Source: a virus
Lineage: Duplodnaviria; Caudoviricetes
IMG/VR virus record: IMGVR_UViG_3300011335_000727
Coordinates: 1-46,734 of that record
Length of the DNA stretch: 46,734 nt
Direction: 5' to 3' (one strand)
The notes under the pieces are model-generated. The model searched no databases and was not told the DNA's origin. It saw only the letters and a list, made by a program, of their open reading frames with translations. The translations under genes and the position numbers were made by a program. Positions 1 through 7,244 of this stretch are shown here, one piece after another. Numbering within the stretch: the stretch's first letter is position 1; each line of letters begins with the position of its first letter.

Positions 1-521
1 TCGACTCCAGCGGTAACTTGCTGGTGGGGACTACGAACACAACACCAGCGCAAAGTAATGTTGCAGGGGTTGCTATTAGGCCCGACGGTATTTCTGTGAC
101 AGGTGCAGGTGCTCTTACTGTAAACAGAGATTCTGACGGAATTATTCAGTCAATTTTACGGAGCGGCTCTCTCGTTGGCAATATATCCGTAACAACCTTA
201 CTAACCTCCTACAACACCACTTCCGACTACCGTTTAAAAACTGTTGTTGGTGCGGTAACTGGCGCGGGTCAACGTATTGATGCTCTCAAGCCAATTGATT
301 ATTTGTGGAAAGAGGGTAACGTGCCTGCCCGTGGCTTCTTGGCTCACGAATTCCAAGAGGTTTATGCAGGCAGCGTAAGCGGCACTAAAGACGCTGTGGA
401 CGCTGATGGCAAGCCTATGTATCAAGCCATGCAAGCAAGCACCTCTGAGGTCATTGCTGACCTTGTAGCTGAACTCCAATCCCTCCGTGCCCGTGTCGCT
501 CAACTTGAAAGCAAACCATGA
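1..521 (+). CDS. Tail fibre protein, C-terminal part (5' truncated), with peptidase S74 intramolecular chaperone domain
   Basis: Frame is open from the window start (DSSGNLLVGTT, a typical fibre repeat). Contains SDYRLK...IDALKPIDYLW...GFLAHE and a terminal coiled coil (ADLVAELQSLRARVAQLE), the S74 signature. Confidence 0.85.
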   Translation, partial: DSSGNLLVGTTNTTPAQSNVAGVAIRPDGISVTGAGALTVNRDSDGIIQSILRSGSLVGNISVTTLLTSYNTTSDYRLKTVVGAVTGAGQRIDALKPIDYLWKEGNVPARGFLAHEFQEVYAGSVSGTKDAVDADGKPMYQAMQASTSEVIADLVAELQSLRARVAQLESKP

Positions 522-832
522 CCCAAATAACTTGGACAATCACAGCCATGAACTGCTCAACCACTGAGCAGAACCCAGACACCGTAATTGTTTGCCATTG
601 GACTTGCAGCGGCACTGACGGCACCTACACCAGCAGCGTCTACTCAACCTGCTCTGTGCCTACGCCTACAGGCACCTTTACTCCCTACTCTGACCTGACG
701 CAAGAGCAAGTGCTTGGCTGGATTTGGGACAACGGCGTGGACAAAGACGCTACTGAGGCCGCTGTGCAGGCTCAGATTGAAGCCCAGATCAACCCGCCTG
801 TAGTAACCCCACCGCTTCCTTGGGCCGCATAA
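518..832 (+). CDS. Conserved phage protein after the tail fibre (possible fibre assembly or accessory protein)
   Basis: ATGA overlap with the fibre gene; 104 aa; FTPYSDLTQEQVLGW...INPPVVTPPLPW pattern seen in aquatic phage tail regions. Confidence 0.65.
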   Translation: MTQITWTITAMNCSTTEQNPDTVIVCHWTCSGTDGTYTSSVYSTCSVPTPTGTFTPYSDLTQEQVLGWIWDNGVDKDATEAAVQAQIEAQINPPVVTPPLPWAA

Positions 833-880
833 CGGGACGCTGCCACCCGCTTCTGGCAGCATATTAAAAAGGAAAACGAA

Positions 881-1108
881 ATGGAAAACAAAAAGCCCCA
901 GATCGTCACCATCGACGGTGTTGAGCATGACGCCAACACTTTTACCGAACAGCAAATCTTGCTGCTGAACCACACCATTGATCTTGATCGCAAGATCGGC
1001 TCAACGCAGTTTCAGCTACAGCAACTCCAAGTGGGCAAGGATGCATTCTTGAAGATGCTTAAAGATGATCTGGACAAGCCTGAAAAAGTAGAAGCCGAAG
1101 CTGTATGA
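881..1108 (+). CDS. Hypothetical protein (75 aa, coiled coil)
   Basis: AAGGA RBS upstream; VTIDGVEHD followed by an amphipathic helix. Confidence 0.7.
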   Translation: MENKKPQIVTIDGVEHDANTFTEQQILLLNHTIDLDRKIGSTQFQLQQLQVGKDAFLKMLKDDLDKPEKVEAEAV

Positions 1109-1365
1109 AACCCGCCCCGTTCCCTGTTCTGTGGTTCCTGAAAGCCAGCAACTCGCTGGCGGTGACGATGCCTTGGCGCACAGTCTACTGCCGACCCGGA
1201 CAAGAGGAGAACTACGCACTGGCCGCTCACGAGGCGGTGCATGTGTCACAGATCGAGCGGGACGGGGCTATCAAATGGACGGTGAAGATTTTCTACTACC
1301 TCATCAGGTACGGTTATCTAAAAAGTCCGTATGAGGTAGAAGCTCGGGCCAAGTCTGGGTACTGA
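1105..1365 (+). CDS. Small zincin-motif (HExxH) protein, DUF4157-like
   Basis: AHEAVHVSQ plus downstream PYEVEAR as third-ligand motif; ATGA overlap. Confidence 0.6.
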   Translation: MKPAPFPVLWFLKASNSLAVTMPWRTVYCRPGQEENYALAAHEAVHVSQIERDGAIKWTVKIFYYLIRYGYLKSPYEVEARAKSGY

Positions 1366-1366
1366 C

Positions 1367-1519
1367 ATGGAACTCTTTGACCTGCTCTCCAAAAGCTGGC
1401 CGATACTGTTGGCGTTGATCACGCTCATTATCGTTTTGAGCAAGCTCGACCTCCGGGTAGCTGTTTTGGAAGAGAAGATCAAGACATTGTTTGAGTTGTT
1501 CAACAGGAAAGACAAATGA
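1367..1519 (+). CDS. Small membrane protein (1 TM plus coiled coil), lysis-associated; not in the ORF track
   Basis: Manual translation: MELFDLLSKSWPILLALITLIIVLSKLDLRVAVLEEKIKTLFELFNRKDK; ends in an ATGA overlap with the next gene. Confidence 0.65.
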   Translation: MELFDLLSKSWPILLALITLIIVLSKLDLRVAVLEEKIKTLFELFNRKDK

Positions 1520-1740
1520 AAGCCAAGCTCACTTTTTGTGTCACGTTGATGGTCAGCCTGACACTCTGCGTTGTTGTGATGGGCATGGTTGGCGTCATGT
1601 TGATGGGCCTGTTTGATGAGAAGGTGGACAACACCGAGATTTTTAAACTGATTAGCCCTGCGTTTCAAACAATTGTCGGGGGGTTCATTGGGCTATTGGC
1701 AGGTGTCAAGCTATCGCACGACGAAGAGGAAAACAAATAA
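1516..1740 (+). CDS. Two-TM membrane protein, holin-like
   Basis: 74 aa with two hydrophobic segments and a charged C-terminus, upstream of the endolysin. Confidence 0.55.
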   Translation: MKAKLTFCVTLMVSLTLCVVVMGMVGVMLMGLFDEKVDNTEIFKLISPAFQTIVGGFIGLLAGVKLSHDEEENK

Positions 1741-2243
1741 TGGATCAACTACTCAACCTACTCAAGGGCTTTGCCCCCACCATTGCTACCGCTGTAGCTG
1801 GCCCTCTTGGTGGCGCGGCGGTGTCGATGCTCTCCAAGAAGTTCGGAGTGGAAGACACCGTAGCTGCTGTGGCACAGGCTATTGCCGGTGACCCCAAGGC
1901 AGAAGAAAAGCTGCGGGAACTCGACCTTGAGTACGCCAAGATGCACCTTGAGAACGTCAAGGGTGCGCGGGATATGCAGACCGCTGCGCTGGGTCAGTCG
2001 GATGTGTTCTCCAAGCGGTTCATCTACTACTTCGCATCCTTCTGGTCAGTCTGCTCTGTTGTTTACATTGCGTTCATCACCTTCGCTACCATCCCGGCAC
2101 CAAACATTCGCTTTGCCGACACCATCCTTGGGTTCCTGCTGGGCACAGTCGTGGCAACCATCTTGAACTTCTTCTACGGCACGAGCAAGTCGAGCCAAGA
2201 CAAGACTGACAAGATGGCTGAGATGGCAAAGGAAATGCGGTGA
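1740..2243 (+). CDS. Holin-like protein (resembles the GTA 3TM holin family)
   Basis: APTIATAVAGPLGG N-terminus, ARDMQ motif, two C-terminal TMs ending FFYGTSKSS; adjacent to the endolysin. Confidence 0.6.
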   Translation: MDQLLNLLKGFAPTIATAVAGPLGGAAVSMLSKKFGVEDTVAAVAQAIAGDPKAEEKLRELDLEYAKMHLENVKGARDMQTAALGQSDVFSKRFIYYFASFWSVCSVVYIAFITFATIPAPNIRFADTILGFLLGTVVATILNFFYGTSKSSQDKTDKMAEMAKEMR

Positions 2244-2668
2244 ACCTCACGCCTCACTTCACGCTTGAAGAACTGACGATGACAAGCCACCGGCAGTTCG
2301 ACAACACACCCAACGCTGCGGAGACTGCCAACCTGACCCGATTGGCGCAGTTTCTGGAGTTGGTGAAGACCAAGCTGGACAACAAGCCGATCATGGTCAA
2401 CTCAGCCTATAGGTCTAAACAGGTCAATGACTCAGTGGGTTCCAAGGACACCAGCCAGCACCGGCTAGGTTGCGCTGCTGACATCCGTGTACCCGGCATG
2501 ACCCCTGATCAAGTTGTACGCGCTATCATGAGCCACGGGCTGTACTTTGATCAGATCATCCGTGAGTTCGATGCTTGGACGCATATCAGCATCCCCAACA
2601 CCGCAGCCCTGCTCCCCCGCCGACAGGCGCTTATCATTGACAAAGCAGGCACTCGACCATTTGCCTGA
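2240..2668 (+). CDS. Endolysin, peptidase M15A family
   Basis: LTPHFTLEEL...NSAYRS..VN..VG...SQHRLGCAADI...WTHIS zinc-ligand motifs. Confidence 0.85.
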   Translation: MNLTPHFTLEELTMTSHRQFDNTPNAAETANLTRLAQFLELVKTKLDNKPIMVNSAYRSKQVNDSVGSKDTSQHRLGCAADIRVPGMTPDQVVRAIMSHGLYFDQIIREFDAWTHISIPNTAALLPRRQALIIDKAGTRPFA

Positions 2669-2686
2669 TTCGTGGGAAAATGAGCT

Positions 2687-4777
2687 ATGCCTTTACAGAA
2701 AATTACCTTAAAAAGTGGCGTGAACCGCGAAAACACGCGGTACGCTAACGAAGGGGGGTACTACGAGTCGGATAACGTGCGTTTCCGTCAGGGAGCCCCC
2801 GAGAAGATAGGCGGGTGGCTTCGCATTTCTGCAAATACGTTCTTGGGCGTGTGCCGTTCCCTTTGGAACTGGGTTACGTTAGGCTATCAAAACCTTATTG
2901 GGGTTGGGACAGACCTCAAGTTCTACATATCCAACGGCGGTGCGTATTACGACATCACTCCGACCCAGACTGTCCACACACTGACCGGCCCGTTTACCAC
3001 AAACGGCACTACCACGGTCACAGTCACGGATGCCGGTGGGGGATACATCAATAACAGCTACGTGACGTTTACAGGCGGCACTGCCGTTGGCGGGGTACTC
3101 ATAACTGGGGAGTACCTGATAACGTACTCTTCAGGTTCCACTTACACCATCACTGTCGCAACTGCACCAACAGCAGCGTCTGGCGGCGGGACAGTCTATG
3201 CCGTGTACCAGATCAACCCCGGCCCAAGTTACGCGGCCCCCCTGTCTGGATGGGGCTCTGGCGCTTGGGGTTCTGGAACTTGGGGCAACAGCGCAAGTTC
3301 TGTGGAAGCTCTGCGGATTTGGAACCAATTCAACTTTGGTGAAGACCTGCTGTATGGCCCAAGGGGTGGGCCGCTGTACTACTGGGATGCCACTATTGGT
3401 TACCTAGCACCCACGGTCACCATGACAATTGCCAACCCTTGCGTTGTCACCACCACACTAAATCTGCCTGACTTGACTCCAATCGTCTTTGAGACCACCG
3501 GGGCATTGCCTACGGGCTTGCTGGTAGGCACAACCTACTACACCCGGTATGTATCAGCCACCACGTTCAATCTATCCTTGACCCCCGCAGGGGCGCTCAT
3601 CATCACTTCGGGTAGTCAGTCGGGTGTGCAGACCATATCCCAGAGAGGCGTTTTGTTGTCTGCGTTGGCAACAGCAAGCAATGTCCCGCTGAGCCAGATA
3701 TTCTTCCTTGTTTCTGATGCCAGCCGGTTTGTCATTTGCTTTGGAACGAACGACATTGGCTCCTCCACAGTCAATCCGATGCTTGTGCGCTGGTCAGATC
3801 AAGAAGACCCCGCCCTTTGGACGCCTTCCATTACTAATCAGTCAGGCAGTATTACCCTGTCCCACGGTTCCACCATCGTCACTGCAATACAGAGCAAGCA
3901 AGAGATCGTGATCTTTACAGATTCTGCGCTGTACTCACTTCAGTATCTCGGGCCGCCCTATGTTTGGGGGTCACAGCTACTTGCAGACAACACCTCTCTT
4001 GCTGGCCCTAATGCCGTGACGCTGGCGGCGGGGACCATTTACTGGATGGGCGTAGACAAGTTCTACAAGTACGACGGACGGCTGCAAACCCTCAACTGTG
4101 ACTTACTCAGGTATGTCTACAACGACATTGATCGCACGCAGTTTGAGCAGGTCTATGCGTCCACCAATGAGGGTTTCAGTGAGGTGTGGTGGTTCTACCC
4201 CAGTAACGGCTCGACAACCAACGACAGCTATGTGGTCTACAACTACCTAGAGAATGTCTGGTACTACGGCTCTATGGCCCGGACGGCGTGGCTGGACAGC
4301 GGCCTCCAAGAATACCCTGTTGCAGCCACCTACAGCAACAACCTTGTCCAGCACGAACTGGGTGTGGATGATGGTGTAGCCGCCACCCTTGCGCCAATCA
4401 ATGCGTTCATAACCTCATCCCAGTTTGATATTGGCGACGGCCACAACTTTGCGTTTGTCTGGAGGATGCTGCCTGACCTGACCTTCAACGGCTCCACCGC
4501 CGGGACAACACCCAGCCTGACCATGCAACTCCTGCCTTTGCAGAACTCTGGCTCGGGATACAACAACCCCAAGTCAGTCGGCGGCAACAGCAGCAGCGCA
4601 GAAGGAACAGTCACAGCCACCCAGACCTACCCCATTGATTTGGACACCTACAACGGGCAGTTGAACATCCGGGTCAGAGCGCGGCAGATGTCCATGAAGA
4701 TCAGTTCAAACACCCTTGGCACACAGTGGCAGATGGGCGCTCCAAGAATTGACATCAGAAATGATGGGCGTAGGTAA
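2687..4777 (+). CDS. Head-tail connector / DNA stabilisation protein (P22 gp10-like) with inserted beta-rich domains
   Basis: 696 aa, beta-propeller-like (VRWSDQED, IYWMG, EVWWFYP, WYYG..ARTAW); precedes the ejection proteins. Confidence 0.65.
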   Translation: MPLQKITLKSGVNRENTRYANEGGYYESDNVRFRQGAPEKIGGWLRISANTFLGVCRSLWNWVTLGYQNLIGVGTDLKFYISNGGAYYDITPTQTVHTLTGPFTTNGTTTVTVTDAGGGYINNSYVTFTGGTAVGGVLITGEYLITYSSGSTYTITVATAPTAASGGGTVYAVYQINPGPSYAAPLSGWGSGAWGSGTWGNSASSVEALRIWNQFNFGEDLLYGPRGGPLYYWDATIGYLAPTVTMTIANPCVVTTTLNLPDLTPIVFETTGALPTGLLVGTTYYTRYVSATTFNLSLTPAGALIITSGSQSGVQTISQRGVLLSALATASNVPLSQIFFLVSDASRFVICFGTNDIGSSTVNPMLVRWSDQEDPALWTPSITNQSGSITLSHGSTIVTAIQSKQEIVIFTDSALYSLQYLGPPYVWGSQLLADNTSLAGPNAVTLAAGTIYWMGVDKFYKYDGRLQTLNCDLLRYVYNDIDRTQFEQVYASTNEGFSEVWWFYPSNGSTTNDSYVVYNYLENVWYYGSMARTAWLDSGLQEYPVAATYSNNLVQHELGVDDGVAATLAPINAFITSSQFDIGDGHNFAFVWRMLPDLTFNGSTAGTTPSLTMQLLPLQNSGSGYNNPKSVGGNSSSAEGTVTATQTYPIDLDTYNGQLNIRVRARQMSMKISSNTLGTQWQMGAPRIDIRNDGRR

Positions 4778-5094
4778 TGGCACAAAAGAACGTAGTAGCC
4801 CCCCGGCTACCTAGCCCCCCACAGGAGTATGACCCTGTTTACATGAACCAACTGTTGAGTTTGTTGCGTCTGTACTTCAACCAACTCGACAACGCAGGGC
4901 CGATGGCAGGTTCTACACAGATTAACGGAACCGCTGTAGTATCGGGTTTGAGCTTCTTCCCTACGTCTGGCACAGACCCCAGCCTGCCAACAGACGCTGA
5001 CTTTGCCAATTTGCGAATCGGGGATGTGTACAGAGACACCCAGAACGGGGTGATGAGCAACAACCAAACGCTTAAAATAAAGACCGCACTATGA
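4777..5094 (+). CDS. Hypothetical virion protein
   Basis: Coupled to both neighbours; APRLPSPPQEYD...LRLYFNQLD. Confidence 0.65.
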   Translation: MAQKNVVAPRLPSPPQEYDPVYMNQLLSLLRLYFNQLDNAGPMAGSTQINGTAVVSGLSFFPTSGTDPSLPTDADFANLRIGDVYRDTQNGVMSNNQTLKIKTAL

Positions 5095-7235
5095 GCCTAA
5101 ATCAATTAGCCAACCACATGTCGGCTCAAGGCCGGGGTCCAGACTCCACTCTTGTGCACATGTCTCCTCGTGAGGTGTCAGGACTGCAGAGTCTGGCTAT
5201 GGCACACGGCGGGACTCTGACCATTAACCCGCAAACGGGACTGCCTGAAGCAGGGTTCCTCGACAGCCTGCTACCCACGCTTCTTGGCGGTGCAGCTACT
5301 TACCTTACTGGGGGCGCAATTACCCCCATGATGGCGGCAATGGGTGTCGGTGGCCTGACGGCGTTGACCAGCAAAGACCTCGGCAAAGGGCTCATGGCGG
5401 GCCTTGGTGCTTATGGCGGTAGCGGCATCATGGAAGGCTTGGCGGGGTTTGGTACGGGGGCGTTGTCTGCTGAAGCAGGAGGGGCAGCAATTAACGCTGC
5501 GGGAGTAGACCCCCTAAGTTTTGAAGCAGATCAAATAGCTCAAAACGCCATTGCACCCAAAATAGCAAACGCTTCTTACTACGACAAAATAGCCGCCGGG
5601 GCATCAAAAGCCATGAGCGAACCAATGAACGCACTGAGCGCAATTGGCGGCGGTAGTAAATTTAAAGGCGCGGCAATGCTGGGCGCTCCGTTGCTATCAG
5701 CCCTATCAACTCAAGAAGCTACGCCAGCCCCGACGTTCCAGCAGACACAGTTTGACCCCCGAGCGGCCAACATAAACATTCGCAGAGAGCAACGTCCGTA
5801 TCAACCAGACACAGGCAGTTCTGCACAACGCGGGTACTTTGGGACTACGTACATCGACCAATACGGCGCTGATGGTGGCTTTGTTGCAGATGGCGGGATA
5901 CAGCATTTTGCCAGTGGCGGTGTTCCTCTCGACCCCACCTACGACTACTCGGGCTACGGCAGGAAGAACACAACGCGACCCGTTCCGGTAGTGCAGCCTA
6001 AAGCCCTAGCCAAGCCAGACTTTGTTGGCGCAGATGGTAAAACGTACCGTTACGACCCGGCAAAGAAAAGCTGGTATGTCTTCAAAGACGCTCCAGCAAA
6101 AACCAATCCCGGTGTTGCAGTGCTGATGGGGGATCAAGGCGGTGAAGGCGGTGCGGGGGAGTTTGGTGGACAGAAAGGTACGCCCGACTATGCACCGGCG
6201 GCAGCATTGGGCCGCACCTTGTCCAACATGGGGCTAACCACCGCTGGCGGGTATCTATCACAGCAAGCACAGAACGGTTTTACAGGGCAAACCATCGAAG
6301 CGCTGGGCAAAGACCCCGAAACGGGGCTAGCCCCCGGTGAATTGGCCGGTAGCCCGCAACAAAGCAGTCTAAGTAACAGTGCACAAACACAAACACAAAC
6401 TGCCGCCGCCCCGGCTGCCGCTCCTGCCGCTCCTACTGGCATAGCGACCCTAGGTTCACAGGCTGCACAGATAGAAGCAGACGCCGCACAAGCAGAAAGA
6501 GCCGCAATAGCAGACGCCCGCGCAGAGAGAGAAACCGCCAACGCACAAGCTGATAAAGATGCTCAAGCCGCTACGGTTAGTTCGCCCGTGGGAGCACCCT
6601 CGGTTACAGGCACTGCACTTGGTGCAGGCCCGAGTGCCGCCCCGGCGAGTTCGGACTTAGAGGGCCCCGGCGGAGGTGGTGTAAGCGGCCAGAGTGGCCC
6701 GAGTGGTGGCCCAAGTGCTGCCCCAGAGGCTACAGGCCCAGAGGCTACTGGCCCAGAGGGCCCCGGCGGAGGCGGTGTAAGCGGCCAGAGTGGTGAGGGC
6801 GCAGGTGCGGGAGCGGGCGCAGGTGAGGGTGCGGGAGCGGGAGCGGGAGCGGGAGCGGGCGCAGGTGAGGGTGCGGGTCCAGAGGGCCCCGGCAGCGACT
6901 ACGCGTATGGTGGCACGATAGGCCGGTACGCCCAAGGCGGGCTCGGCTCCCTCGGCGGCTACTCGGATGGCGGCAGGCTGCTGCGCGGGCCCGGTGATGG
7001 TGTGTCGGACCATATCCCTGCAACGATTGGCCGTACCCGGCAACCTGCGCGACTTGCCGATGGGGAGTTTGTAGTCCCGGCCCGGATTGTGTCTGAACTG
7101 GGCAACGGCTCCACCGAAGCGGGCGCACGTGCGCTGTATAAAATGATGGATCGCATCCAAGCCAACCGCCGTAAGACTACAGGCAAAAACAGTGTCGCTG
7201 TAGATTCCAAAGCACGCAAATATCTTCCCGCATAA
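5091..7235 (+). CDS. Internal virion (ejection) protein, Gly/Ala-rich
   Basis: 714 aa; N-terminal DSTLVHMSPREV...TINPQTGLPEA, hydrophobic Gly/Ala segments, C-terminal GPGDGVSDHIPA...LADGEFVVPA; position fits the podoviral ejection cluster. Confidence 0.6.
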   Translation: MSLNQLANHMSAQGRGPDSTLVHMSPREVSGLQSLAMAHGGTLTINPQTGLPEAGFLDSLLPTLLGGAATYLTGGAITPMMAAMGVGGLTALTSKDLGKGLMAGLGAYGGSGIMEGLAGFGTGALSAEAGGAAINAAGVDPLSFEADQIAQNAIAPKIANASYYDKIAAGASKAMSEPMNALSAIGGGSKFKGAAMLGAPLLSALSTQEATPAPTFQQTQFDPRAANINIRREQRPYQPDTGSSAQRGYFGTTYIDQYGADGGFVADGGIQHFASGGVPLDPTYDYSGYGRKNTTRPVPVVQPKALAKPDFVGADGKTYRYDPAKKSWYVFKDAPAKTNPGVAVLMGDQGGEGGAGEFGGQKGTPDYAPAAALGRTLSNMGLTTAGGYLSQQAQNGFTGQTIEALGKDPETGLAPGELAGSPQQSSLSNSAQTQTQTAAAPAAAPAAPTGIATLGSQAAQIEADAAQAERAAIADARAERETANAQADKDAQAATVSSPVGAPSVTGTALGAGPSAAPASSDLEGPGGGGVSGQSGPSGGPSAAPEATGPEATGPEGPGGGGVSGQSGEGAGAGAGAGEGAGAGAGAGAGAGEGAGPEGPGSDYAYGGTIGRYAQGGLGSLGGYSDGGRLLRGPGDGVSDHIPATIGRTRQPARLADGEFVVPARIVSELGNGSTEAGARALYKMMDRIQANRRKTTGKNSVAVDSKARKYLPA
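6659..6894 (+). repeat. Intragenic repeats: 39-bp near-perfect duplication (6659-6697, 6755-6793), 15-bp GPEAT repeats and GCGGGA (Gly-Ala) tandem run
   Basis: Directly visible; encodes EGPGGGGVSGQSG twice and a (GA)n linker. Confidence 0.85.
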
Positions 7236-7244
7236 GGACGCATC

